This document shows positions 1 through 12,285 of a stretch of DNA of 64,000 nucleotides, one piece after another (the stretch's first letter is position 1; each line of letters starts with the position of its first letter). The translations under genes and the position numbers were made by a program. Origin of the DNA: Octopus vulgaris (taxonomy: Eukaryota); NCBI GenBank assembly GCA_951406725.2, contig OX597818.1, forward strand, positions 83,266,001 to 83,330,000, written 5' to 3'. The notes under the pieces were generated by a model that did no database searches, was not told the DNA's origin, and saw nothing but the letters and a program-made list of their open reading frames with translations.

Positions 1-815
1 CGTATAGTTTTAGGTCATCCATATATAAAAGGTGGCTGATCGTTTGGCCGTAACATTTATATCCGCATCCAGTTCTATTTAGCATATCAGATAGAGGTGA
101 CAGTGCTAAGCAGAAAAGGAGTGGAGAGAGCGTATCTCCCTGGAATATTCCTCTTCTAATGGGGATGTCTTTTGTTTTCATGAGTCCCTCTTTTGTTTGG
201 AGGTGTAGGACTGTTTGCCATTTATTCATAGAGTGCTCTATGAATTTTATGATTGTTGGTGCTACTTTGTTAATGGCTAGTGTTTCGAGGATCCATGTGT
301 GGGGGATGCTATCAAACGCCTTTTTGTAGTCAATCCAGGCCATACTGAGGCCTTTCTTCTTTCTGTGGCTGTCTTCAGTTATGGCTTTATTAATCATTAG
401 TTGATCTTTACAGCCATATGAGCCTTTGCGGCATCCTTTCTGCTCTTCTGGGAACAGTTTGTTTTCGTCCAGGTGCTTGTTCAGCCTTTGTGATATCACT
501 GCAGTAAATGCCTTGAACATAGTAGGGAGGCAGGTTATTGGTCTGTAGTTTTCTGGTTTTTCTGTTTCATTTGATTTGGGAATTAAGATGGTTTTCCCCT
601 TCGTGAGCCATTCAGGCATTGTCTCTGGCTCTGCTAGTACGTTGTTAAAGTTTTCAGCCAGCTTTTGTGCATTCCTGTTAGATATTTCAACCAGAAGTTG
701 GGGATCTTGTCATGCCCAGGTGCCTTCCAGTTGCTTAGTCTTTGCAGTGCCTGGGTGACCTCTTCAGTTGTTATGGGGGTCCAAGTTTGTTCCGATGCCG
801 AGTTTGTTATTTTGA
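1..815 (-). pseudogene. Reverse transcriptase domain of the R4/Dong element (frameshifted continuation, open to the window edge)
   Basis: Manual translation EQTWTPITTEEVTQALQRLSNWKAPG...QGDTLSP...YMDD. Confidence 0.85.
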
Positions 816-1969
816 TACTCCTTTTTTGGTGGTTCGTTCGCCGACCATATTTCTCCCCAGAATTCTTCCAATTCTTCTGCCGTTGGTGCTGCAGTGACTT
901 CTATTTTATTTTTGCCCAGTTCTTGGTAGAACTTTTTGGGGTCGGAGTTGAACTTTTTGTTCTGTTCAAAGAAGCGTTGGCGTTTCTCGTACCGGCGGAT
1001 CCTTTGAGCTTTGGCAAGGATATCTTGCTTCAGCTTTTCTTTTATCTCCGGCAAATCTTTTTCTGTGGTGTTATATTTGCGGAGCATTTTTGTTCTCTTT
1101 TTGTTGCTCAGTAGCGTTGCTTGTTTGCTGATTTCATTAAGAATCGACAGGTCTTTTCTAATTTTTTTTATTTTGTTTTGGATGTTATTTATCCACAGGG
1201 TTTGTTTGGGTGGTGGTACTCCTGTTCGGGCGGGTTTGGGTGAGTATCCAGCTTCTTTTGTGGCTGCAGTGGCTGCTGCGTATATCAAGTCATTTAGTTC
1301 AGTGATATCACTTTTTTTTGTTTCAGTGGCTAGTTCAGTGACGGCTAGGTTTATGTTGTTTATAATTGGTGTTGTTATTGCGTTTATTTTTATTCTTGGG
1401 AGGTATGGTCGGTGGTCCATTTTGAGCTCTGTGGTTTTTAGTTCTTTGATTATTTTATTTTTTATATTATCATAATCATTAGGCTCCCCTTCGTTGTTTA
1501 CATCGTGTTTGTTGGGAATGTTGCGTTTGTCTTCGTGTTTTACAGTTTCAGTGTTTATATTATTGGGCATTGTTGTGTGGCTTCTATCTACATTTTCCTG
1601 GTGTATGTTTTCTTTTAGGTGTTCTATTTCTATTTCTGATATTTTTTTTGTGTTGAGAATGTATCTTCGTACGTTAGCTAATTTATTAGGGTTCATTGCT
1701 GTATCCAAGTCTAAATCTCTATTATTTTCCTTCCATATTTTATATGTATGTGTTGTTGTATTTTCATTTTTTGGGTAGAGTACTGCTGTGAAGTATGCGT
1801 GTAAGATAGAAATGTATTCCTCACGTGTCCATTTACGTCTTTTGGGTTTTATTTGCGGGACATGAGGTACAACGTCCGGCCCATTATTTTGACGGTCGTC
1901 ATTTTCGTAGGGTACCGGTCCGTTTATTTCTGTTGTCACATTATTTCGCACGTGTAGTTTTTCGTACAT
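764..1969 (-). CDS. N-terminal region of the R4/Dong ORF (401 aa), frameshifted before the RT
   Basis: The ORF contains R4-type motifs (NDLIYAAATAA, LKQDILAKAQRIRRYEKR, FNSDPKKFYQEL, EEFWGEIWS). The RT continues in another frame from about 815. Confidence 0.8.
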   Translation of the reverse strand: MYEKLHVRNNVTTEINGPVPYENDDRQNNGPDVVPHVPQIKPKRRKWTREEYISILHAYFTAVLYPKNENTTTHTYKIWKENNRDLDLDTAMNPNKLANVRRYILNTKKISEIEIEHLKENIHQENVDRSHTTMPNNINTETVKHEDKRNIPNKHDVNNEGEPNDYDNIKNKIIKELKTTELKMDHRPYLPRIKINAITTPIINNINLAVTELATETKKSDITELNDLIYAAATAATKEAGYSPKPARTGVPPPKQTLWINNIQNKIKKIRKDLSILNEISKQATLLSNKKRTKMLRKYNTTEKDLPEIKEKLKQDILAKAQRIRRYEKRQRFFEQNKKFNSDPKKFYQELGKNKIEVTAAPTAEELEEFWGEIWSANEPPKKEYQNNKLGIGTNLDPHNN

Positions 1970-2047
1970 TTTTTGTTGTAGGTTTTTGTTGTAGGTTTAA
2001 TGTACGTACCGCTCGATTGTTATTCTTGGGTTGATTGTTATTCTTGG

Positions 2048-2172
<125 letters not shown>

Positions 2173-2173
<1 letters not shown>

Positions 2174-2980
2174 AGGCGGTGAGCCAGCAGAATCACTTGT
2201 AAACTGACCGAAATACTTAGCGGTATTTCGCCTGCCGTTACCTTCTGAGTTCAAATTCCACAGAAGTCGACTTTGCCTTTCATCCTTTCGGGGTCGATTA
2301 AATAAGCACCAGTTACTCATTGGGGTCGATATAATCGACTTAATCCGTTTGTCTGTCCTTCTTTATCCTCTCTGTGTTTAGCCCCTTGTGAATAGTAAAG
2401 AAATAGGTATTTCGCCCGTCGCTACGTTCTGAGTTCAAATTCCGCCGAGCTCGACTTTGCCTTTCATAGTATTAGGTTCGATAAATTAAATGCCTGTTGC
2501 GCACTGGAGTCGATATAATCGACTGGACCCCTTCCCTAAAATTTCAGGCCTTGTGCCTATAGTAGAAATGATTATTAAGGAGATGGAGTGGTACAATCGT
2601 TAACAGGCAGAGCAAATTTCTTAGTACCAGTTCGTCCGTGTTTGCGTTCTCGGTTCAAAATTTAACTGACGTCGACTTTGCCTTTCATTCTTTCGGAGCC
2701 GACAGAATAAGTACCACTTGCTCATGGGGTCGATGTAATCAATTAGACCTCTGTCCCAATACTTCAGGTTTTGTACATATAGTAGAGTTGATAATTAGTG
2801 ACGCTAGTTCAGTACGACAGACAAAATGCGTAACGGCATTTTGTCTGTATTTACATTCTGAGTACAAATCCCATCGAGGTCGACTTTGGCTTTCATATTT
2901 CCAGGTCGATAAAAAAGGTACCAATTGATTCCTGGTCGGAATAATCGGAAAGCCACCTCCACAGAAAAAATTTCAGAACT
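2173..2980 (+). mobile_element. Tandem cluster of about 4 tRNA-derived SINEs (family B)
   Basis: Head ggcggtgagc-ggcagaatc..., B-box-like gagttcaaattcc, and core gtcgactttgcctttcatcctttcggggtcgat, repeated. Two alternative 3' tails. Confidence 0.85.
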
Positions 2981-2986
2981 TTAAAA

Positions 2987-3581
2987 ATTTTTATTGCCCA
3001 TAAGGGGCTAAACTTAGAGGAGACAAACAAGGACAGGCAAAGGGATTAAGTCGATTACATCGACCCAAGGGCGTAACTGGTACTTAACTTACCGACCCCG
3101 AAAGGATGAAAGGCAAAGTCGACCTCGGCGGAATTTAAACACAGAATGTAACGACAAACGGAATACCTACTTCTTTACTACCCACAAGGGGCTAAACACA
3201 GAGAGGACAAACAAGGACAGACACACGGATTAATCGATTATATCGATCTCAGTGCGTAACTGATACCTATTTAATCGACACCGAAAGGATGAATGGCAAA
3301 GTCGTCATCGGCGGAAATTGAACTCAGAAAGTATCGGCAGACAAAGTACCTATTTCTTTATTACCCACAAGGGGCTAAACACAGAGGGGACAAACAAGGA
3401 CAGACATAGGTATTAAGTCGATTACATCGACCCCAGTGCGTAACTGGTACTTAATTTATCGACCCCGAAAGGATGAAAGACAAAGTCGACCTCGGCGGAA
3501 TTTGAACTCACAACGTAAAGGCAGACAAAATACCGCTAAGCATTTCGCCCGGCGTGCTAGCAATTCTGAGCAGCTCACCGC
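2987..3581 (-). mobile_element. Tandem array of three family-B SINE units sharing a single head
   Basis: Three units of about 185 bp, each with ggggctaaac(a/t)..ag..gacaaacaaggacag and gaaaggatgaa.g.caaagtcg; one head at about 3530-3581. Confidence 0.88.
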
Positions 3582-3654
3582 ATTCAGAAAGTCCAGAAAA
3601 AATTTCAGAACTCGTGCCAAGAACATAAATGATTATTGGTAGTGGTGTTGGTCA

Positions 3655-3870
3655 GACAATCAATCGGCACAATCGTTAGTATTTCGGACAAAACACTGAG
3701 TAGCATTTATTCCGGTTTTTTAATTTCTGAGTTCAAAAGGTTAACTTTGCCTTTCATCATTACGGGATTGTTAAGATTAGGTACATTTCAAGTACTGGTG
3801 ATGACGTATTCGAATTGCTCCCCTCCATCTCATCTCACATCTGGTGGCTTTATGTCAAAAATTAGAAATA
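3655..3870 (+). mobile_element. Diverged family-B SINE
   Basis: aatcgttag...ctgagttcaaa...actttgcctttcatc. Confidence 0.6.
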
Positions 3871-4163
3871 TTCAGGGTGTCGGTAGTGGTTCAATGTGGT
3901 GTTTTAAGTTCGTGATGTTAGCGACAATGTTGCCGCTAGCAGTGCAGTGTTCGTGATACAGGTTGTATTCTTGGCGGTAGTGGTTGTGTTGTGGGGGTGA
4001 TTGTGTTAATGGTGAAAGTGATGGTGGATGGTCTGTTAGTGGTGAAGTTATTGTTATTGTTGACAGTGGTTTTGGTGTATGTGGTAAACATGTAACTCTT
4101 GTAGTTATGGTGTTACCAAGCAATACTTTTTCAAGAAATTGCTATTGTCAATCTTGTTTATGA

Positions 4164-4198
<35 letters not shown>

Positions 4199-4494
4199 CC
4201 AGAATGGACAAAACAGATTAGGAGGAGACACGTGGGAGTGAGAGAGACAGGAGAGACCAGAGCATGTGTGACGAAAGATTTTCAGACAAATAACACTAAA
4301 ATAAGAATAATAATAAATCTGAAGTGTAGAACAAATCTATAGACTGCGTGTTTCTTTGGCAAAAACAAACAAGCAAAAATTCCATCACAAAATATAACAA
4401 TAAATATTTCAAGACACGATTTCACTGTAAGAATCTCACAAATCTCATAAAGTCGAAAAATCCACATCAGAACTTACCTTTTAACTCTAGTACT

Positions 4495-4843
4495 TACTAT
4501 TTGTTCTGTTTTGCAGAACCGGTAAGTTACGAGGACGTAAACACAGCAACACCGGTTGTCAAGCGGTGACGGGGGACAGACACAGACTCAAATATATACG
4601 CACATGCAAACACACATGCACACGAACACATAGAAATACACATATAAACACACACTGAGACACATATATATGTATATACGACGGGCTTCTTTAGGTTTCC
4701 GTCTACCAAACTCAACCCACAAGGTTTTGGTCGGCCCGAGACTATAGTAGAAGATACCTGCTCAAGATGGTACACAGAGAGACTGAATCAGGAACCACCT
4801 TCTTCGGAAGCAAGATTCCAACCAAACAGCCACGCCTGCGCCT
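4495..4843 (-). mobile_element. tRNA-derived SINE family A with internal microsatellite
   Basis: Reverse complement reads ggcgcaggcgtggctgtttgg..., cgggccgaccaaaaccttgtg, gtagacggaaacctaaagaagcccgtcg, then gcttgacaaccggtgttg. Confidence 0.8.
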
Positions 4844-4959
4844 GTATGTATATATATATATATATGTCTTTTAACTCCATTTACGCAAAACGTTTGTGAA
4901 TATGAATATAAAACCTGCAAATTTATTTGGCCGGTTTCAACATAATGATGCCACCTGGC

Positions 4960-5362
4960 AAAAATTGTTTACGTAGGATATGTGCGATGTCGAGTAGTGC
5001 AATTTTCTGTATGTTGTATACATTTGTAAGTCCTGGTGTTTTGGTTACGTATTTGTCTGAATGTTTTTTTATCATACCCAATGCGTCTACTACAATAGGA
5101 ATTGTTTCTGTTTTTGGGCTCCACACTCACGGTCCCTCTAGTTCAAGATCTTTGTATTTTGAATTTTACTCCATTTCTTTAAGAGAAACGTTATCATCTC
5201 TTGGTACTGGTACATCGATGAGAAAGCATTTTCTTCTCTTGGTGATCTCTGATACTTATATCCGACTTTTTTATCCCTAAATTTCTCTATCTGTTTGTAT
5301 TGGTATTACCCAGAGTAGGATTGGTTTCTCATTTTCTGTGACCTTTTCTCGGATATGCCAAT
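4960..5362 (-). mobile_element. 3' fragment of an R4/Dong element (restriction-like endonuclease C-terminus)
   Basis: TIPIVVDALGMIKK...NIQKIALLDIAHILRK, with LIDVPVPRDDNVSLKEMEK upstream in broken frames; adjacent (ATT)n at about 5370. Confidence 0.8.
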
Positions 5363-5449
5363 ACAATTTATTATTATTATTATTAAAATCATTATGATTA
5401 ATATTATTATGATTATCATTATCATCTCGTATCTATATATACATATCTA

Positions 5450-5540
<91 letters not shown>

Positions 5541-5801
5541 CTGATCTATTTCTCGTGTAATGTCCCGATAATGTATATTATTTATATTTGGTACTTCATA
5601 ATATACAAAACTCTAGGCCAATTCCTCTACATTACATAGTAATGAACCAATATATTGGCAATTATTTAATCATAGTATGTTCCATCATTGCATTAAATAA
5701 TACTTTTGGGTGATAAATCATAAAAATTAAAATAGACAAAATGATAATGAAAATCCAATCTGTGTGAGATATGGCATATGTTTTAGGAGATAGATAGATA
5801 G

Positions 5802-5864
<63 letters not shown>

Positions 5865-6157
5865 GAGAGAGAGGGGGGTAGAGAGAGGCGCAGAGACTGA
5901 GAGAGAGAACATATACGAATAGTTTTACAAAGGAGAATCAGTAACTGAATTTCAATATGCCCACATATTTCAAAATATACTCATAATACATATATATGTA
6001 TTATGTATGTATGTGGTTATGCATACCCTTAATTACTTAGTATTACTTAAACCTTCCTTGAATGGGGCTTTTACATGCCGAAATCTACTTGGTGAAATTG
6101 ATGATTATTCCAAATTAATTAATCTCACCCTATATATATATATATACATATATATAA

Positions 6158-6649
6158 GTAAACAAAGTCAAATGCGATACAATAAAATTAATTATTATCG
6201 CTGGTGTTTCTAGCACAGGCCATATATTATTCATATATAAGTACATTAAAGGCGAAGTGTGTACTAGATACACAAAAGCTGGATAAATTTAATGAGATGA
6301 AAATTAAAAACTTTTACAAACTTAGTTCTTCTTAGACTGCAGTTTCGCCTATTTCAGCAATAAAAATAATATTTATTTACTCAGGTAGGCTCTTCAGTAA
6401 GATTCCTATTATTATGGGAAGCGCAGATCAATAGAGGCACATGCGTCTATTAAATTGCTCTTTCTAAACTATTAAAATCACTGCGCAGACTCAGAACGTA
6501 CCCGACAAAATAGGGTTTTCTGGTATATCGTCTAACGCTCAAAAATTTATCGAGAAAATACGTAAACAAAGTCAAATGCGATACAATAAAATTAATTATT
6601 ATCGCTGGTGTTTCTAGCACAGGCCATATATTATTCATATATAAGTACA
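6158..6649 (-). mobile_element. Non-coding retrozyme-like or PLE pLTR-like unit (404-bp period, 88-bp terminal direct repeat) in (TA)n
   Basis: 6158-6245 is identical to 6562-6649. The unit contains a hammerhead at 6330-6402, has TA tracts on both flanks, and has no credible ORF. Confidence 0.7.
6330..6402 (-). ncRNA. Minimal type I hammerhead ribozyme
   Basis: Minus strand: UCUUA-CUGAAGA-GCCUA(long AU-rich hairpin)UAGGC-GAAA-CUGCAG-UC-UAAGA. Complete CUGANGA/GAAA/UH core, stem I of 5 bp, stem II of at least 5 bp, palindromic minimal stem III. Confidence 0.85.
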
Positions 6650-8251
6650 ATATATATATATCACGGAGATGGACTTGCATAGCAAGTGTCTTGATCTGAG
6701 ATCTTGTGCTGGAATGAAAACAATTGCAGCGTGGAAGGTGTTTGCAAGCCATTTAACAAACACACAAAAGCCGTTCGATTCACTTCAACATTTAAGTTTA
6801 ATTTGTTAAAATATTTTCGTCGCTATAAGACCGTGACCTGTTCACTGACAAAAATCGTGCTGCATCTGAGAAAGTAACAGTTAGTTCGTCATATATATGT
6901 ACGTATGTATGTGTGTATGTATGTATACATGCAAGTATGCATGCATGCGTGTATGTATGTCCGTACATACGCCTGTGTGTATGTATGTATGTATGTATGT
7001 ATGTATATATGTATGTATGTATGTGTATATGCACGCACATACACACTACAAACTTAAAGCTATAAACCTGTAGTGACGGATAGATGTAGACTGACCACTC
7101 AACACAACAATATCAAATTTCAACCTCCCCCGCCGAAACTAGAAGTGATTTACGACCCTCACCCCCAAAACAAAACTCTCTAAAACTTATTATCAGACAT
7201 TTATCTCTATATCACAAAACTGTTTTACTATTACTCATCTTTTTCTTTCTTTTTAATTTTTTTCTCCTTACATCTAGTTACTTCAGGTTAAATATACATA
7301 CGTATGCATGCATGTATGTATGTATGTATGTATGTATGTATGTATGTATGTATGTGTGTATGTACGTACGTACGCATGTGCGTATGTATGTATACGCGCA
7401 CGTACGCATGTGCCCATGTATGTTTGTGCGTACATGTCCGTGAGTATGTACGTGTGTATGCCCATACGTAGGTATGTATGTTTGTACTTATGTGCTACGT
7501 ATGTATGTGAGTATCTAGGAGAATGGGCAGGTGCATCTGTGTGTGTGTGTGTACATTTGTATGTGCATGTGAACGTATGTCCGTGTACTGGTATGTGTCC
7601 GTCCAAGTTGTGTACATGACTGTTACTTTGTTGAAGGTTGTATATATACACACATATATGTTTGTATAGACGCACACACCTATATATATGTGTGGGTGTG
7701 TGTCTGTTCCTCTCATCATCGTCCAACTGTGGATTGATACAACGTTTAGGTGCAACAGTGCTTACATAACCATATACATATACGCAAGTACACACAATCA
7801 TATAGACACACTCATAAATATACATATAATCTTAAATTATGTACTCATATATTCTTATCCACTTCTACATACATATGTCCTATTACACACATACACACAT
7901 ACACATATACACACGCGCACACACAAACGCACACACACACGCACAAACATACATACGCACACACACGCACACATACATGCAAAATAAGACACAGTATACA
8001 AGGGCAACGGTTAAAAATCGAACATGGATTATATTTCATATATGCATAAACGCATACATATACAATACATACATACATCCATACATGCTCATATGTGCAT
8101 GCATGTGCATTTTTTTATAGCACCACAAACGCACATACGTATCAAACAACGTACGCTCATACAGTTATATATAACTGCACATAAGTGCTTTAGCACCACA
8201 CATTGCAACATGTATGTAAGGATTACATGTAAACGAGAGAAAGAAGGGTGG

Positions 8252-8734
8252 TTATAGAATGGTCCTCCTGAATGGGATCTGGATGTTACTCCATTCGGAT
8301 TTTCGGTTGAGAGTAGGTTTGTATTCTTGTATACAAACAGCTTCTGTGACCTGTCTCAACATTGCATCGGTGGGATGTGTTGATAAGATGTTTAACTTAA
8401 GTTTCCCTAGGGATCCCTTGTGGCAGTCTACAGCATGTTGGTAGAAGATGGAGTTTGGCTTCCTTTCAATGAAGTTGTCCAGGTGTTCTTTGAACCTATC
8501 ATTGATACTCCTAGAAGTCTCACCTATGTATGACTCTGGTTTAGTCGCGCAAGCTCCTTCTTGGCACTCAATTTGGTATACAGTGCCCTTAGTCTTGCAG
8601 TTCACATGTGGGTTTGTCGAACATACTGCACAATTACTTTGACACAATTACTTTGAAATGGATATGATCTGCATAACGCCGTAGAAAAGACAGGTAGGAC
8701 TATCAAATCGGCGTTATGCAGATCATATCCATTT
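8252..8734 (-). mobile_element. Penelope-like element 3' fragment (GIY-YIG endonuclease) with a small 5' inversion
   Basis: The ORF reads CAVC..NCKTKGTVYQIEC...YIGETSRSINDRFKEH...RQVTEAVCI...LNRKSEW and is homologous to 28863-29198. Confidence 0.85.
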
Positions 8735-9753
8735 GATGTCTATATTAAATGTCTATATTAAATTTAATATAGAAAGCAAACCGTTTACTTATATTCGAAT
8801 GCCCATCATGTATCTTATATTATTCACACATGATTTTTAACTTTCGCGCCAATTAGAAAAGTTATTAATTCTGATATAGAGGAAAAATTAGGTCATGCGA
8901 TATAGAGGAAAAATTAGGTCATGCGAATGGCAATGTTTTTGATACTCTCTACTTTTAAATATATTTGAAGTCATCTTTTAAGTAATTATATGGTTTCTAG
9001 GAAAGTTACAGGGCTCTATTGTTGCAACGTAGATAACAAGTATGACATATTAAATTTGATAAACGTCATACATATTTTCATTACACCGCTTCATTGCTCT
9101 GCTTACAGACTAAAATTGTAATGTGCGCTTTACATGACGGATACTTTTTTTCTGAAGATCCTAGTTTAATGGATTTTCTTTCCTAAAGCAAATTGTACTA
9201 ATTATTATTTGCATAAATGTGAATTTATAATTTGTGTAGAGAAGATGAAGTTTTCGAAGCATTTGTTCATAGTTATCCTTTTCCACTTTGGTTTTCGAAG
9301 GCAACTCACCCTCGTGCTTGCCCAATTTTTCGTCTTTTCTGTTTTATATATTATGTGTGCGTATGTACGTTTTATTTTTCTCTTTTTAATTTAGTGATAA
9401 CTTTGACCGAACAATTGCTTCGTTGCAATGTTTTGCATGAAAGCATTTATTTCGTTTATCAGCTTTTAAAATATTAAGGAGACCATGCAGAATTGTATAA
9501 TCTCAGTTACCATTATTAATTGTAGCATATGAATTAATGGGCAGCATTCTCTCTCCAAGAATCCAAGTTCAACGATATTTTACTCCATGTGGTTTAGTAC
9601 GTATCGTCTCGCTCCAATAACAATAGATATTTGGTGCTGGCGAATATAAATGGTCCATGGACGGTTTACTTCTGTATTTTCTAGAGGGCAGCTGATTTAA
9701 AATACCAACATACTGTTTCCCGTGGTCCCTATGTCTCTATGTGTGTCTGTATG

Positions 9754-10179
9754 TACGAGGTAGGTGTTAAAACATTTCCTGGCTTTAAGGGTATCGCAAA
9801 AGGCTTAGTTGGAAGCACAATCTTCCCCGTTTTTATACAGGGCTTAGAAAAAGTTTGAGTTAAAAGAGTTTCCTATGTTTCCTCGGTGTTTGTAAATATG
9901 TAGTAGAGACGGTGTGTTAGTTGAGCTGTCGATTTATACACCGTAGCATCTTTTCACATACATGGGCGAGCCGAAATGTTCCTGGCTTTGAATGAAAGAA
10001 AATACGGGAAGATCAGTTAATTATGATTTTATTCAACATATTCCTCTCTCAGAGTCACACATATTGCTGCAATCCTTCAGTTTTTCTGATCCCTGAAAAA
10101 CCACTCGGACGTTTAGGCCTGCGACAAGGTCTTTGACGACACTCTTAAAAGGCCAGGAACTTTTCACCACTTTATCATA
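9754..10179. mobile_element. Mariner-type MITE
   Basis: The left end TA-cgaggtaggtgttaaaacatttcctggctttaagggtatcg is an imperfect inverted repeat of the right end ...actcttaaaaggccaggaacttttcaccactttatca-TA. Confidence 0.65.
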
Positions 10180-10476
10180 AGAATCTTAAATGAAGCAATT
10201 TTGAAATGTCTTCCTAATCTTCTTTGTGCCACTAACAGATTAGATTTGGAGAATTCGCGATAATCTCTTATGCTCTCTCTGCGCGAAATCGAGTACATAA
10301 TGCACATATGATCATAAGTACAGATGAGATATTATATCTATGGTACAAGAGCTTTAAGTTTCGCACGAATTCTTTGTAAATAAGTATATGTGCACGTGTG
10401 TGTGTTTGTATATGTACATGTTCGTGTATGTGCTTACCGTTCTATATATGTTAGTCTTTTACACGGGTACGTGTAT

Positions 10477-10668
10477 ACTCTTTTACTCTTTTACTTGTTT
10501 CAGTTATTTGACTGTGGCCATGCTGGAGCACCGCCTTTAGTCGAGCCAATCGACCCCAAGACTCATTCTTTGTAAGCCTAGCACTTCTTTTGGCGAACCG
10601 CTAAGTTACAGGGACGTAAACACACCAGCGTCGTTTGTCAAGCGATGTTGGGTGGACAAACGCACACA

Positions 10669-10716
<48 letters not shown>

Positions 10717-10882
10717 CATATACATATATACGACGGGTTTCTTTCAGTTTCCATCTACCAAATCCGCTCACAAGGCTTTGGTCGGCCCGTGGCTGTAGTG
10801 GAAGACACTTGCCGAAGGTACCCCGCAGTAGGACTGAACCCGGAACCATGTGGTTGGTAAGCAAGCTACTTACCACACAGCC
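10477..10882 (-). mobile_element. SINE family A, near full length
   Basis: tRNA-like head (gctgtgtggtaag...ggttcagtcc), internal (TA)/(TG) tract, tail ggcggtgctccagcatggccacagtc...aagtaaaagag. Confidence 0.88.
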
Positions 10883-11433
10883 TGTGTACGTATGCGATAA
10901 TACGTACCTTTCTATATATATTTGCCTTTTACACACTAACTTTTCTTTAGCTAACAATGGATGGGTTTCTAATTAATATACATCATGATTTCGTAGAAAT
11001 TAAAACAAACACAACAGAACAACATCAAAGAGAGTCTCAAACTTGTGTCGATTTAAATATTCAATTTCCTGAGAACTAATTAATCTATGTAGCGCTATAC
11101 TAATTTTCGTATTTTTGGTTTCCCTTTATGATCTGTTTCTTATTACCGTCTTTTTTTTTCTGTATTATCATAAATTCTTCATCTCAAGGTTATTGCGTAA
11201 GAAAATGCTTAACGTTATTAAGTGCAACAATAGAAATCCATAGAAAGTTTTAAACTGCAATCACTCTGACACAGTCTTCAGGGTTAGAAGTAATAAGTCG
11301 ATATATCCTTTACTGATTTCAAGTGAGATTTTAACAATACCCAGCAGATAATTTTAGCAACATTCCATAAAGTTTTCTTTTGAAATAGCGAGGGCAGTTA
11401 TTTTCATGGCCCTTTCGCAAAAATGTCATATAG

Positions 11434-11476
<43 letters not shown>

Positions 11477-12059
11477 CATATATATATATATATCTATATA
11501 TATAAATCAATATATCAATCTCTCTCATTGCACACACACAGACACACACACACACATATATAAATTTATATGTATGAATATGCGTGTATATATGTATATA
11601 TAAACATATGCATATATATATATATACGCATATGGTTATATATGTATATGTGTATGTATCTGCCTGTGTGTCTTTCTATCTTTGTATGTATTTATCTATC
11701 GAACCATCTCTTTCTATATAATGCATACATACACAGACACACATACATACATACATACATGCGCACGCGCACTTACGGATGTCTATGCGTTTCGGCTCTT
11801 TATATTTTAAGTGGATGTCGCTTTGTGAAATCGACATAATGCACGGTGCATGCATCACCTTGCTATGTAAGATCTGACACATACAAACACAAACACGCAC
11901 ACACACAGAAACGCAGGTACATATGCATCTATAGAGAAAGCAGTACATCTGTAATTTTACACGCGTATATAAGTATTTATTGTTGATTTCGGATGTGTGT
12001 TGTTCATGTATTGTAAATATATGTAGAATTTAATCTGTAAATCCTAAATATATATATGC

Positions 12060-12285
12060 GTGTGTGTTTTAGTGTGTCTGTGTTTGTACCCCTAGCATTG
12101 CTTGACAACCGATGCTGGTGTGTTTATGTCCCCGTTACTTAGCGGTTCGGCAAAAGAGACCGATAGGATAAGTACTGAGCTTACAAAAGAATAAGTCCCG
12201 GGTCGAGTTGCTCGATTAAAAGCGGTGCTCCAGCATGGCCGCAGTCAATTGACTGAAATAAGTAAAAGAGTAAAAGAGTAAGAGT
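12060..12285 (+). mobile_element. SINE family A, 3' half
   Basis: gcttgacaaccgatgctggtgtg...gcggtgctccagcatggccgcagtc...(gtaaaaga)n. Confidence 0.85.

Noticed and set aside
2987-3581. CRISPR-like or satellite array
   Set aside because: The units are ~185-bp SINE bodies without unique spacers, in a eukaryotic context.
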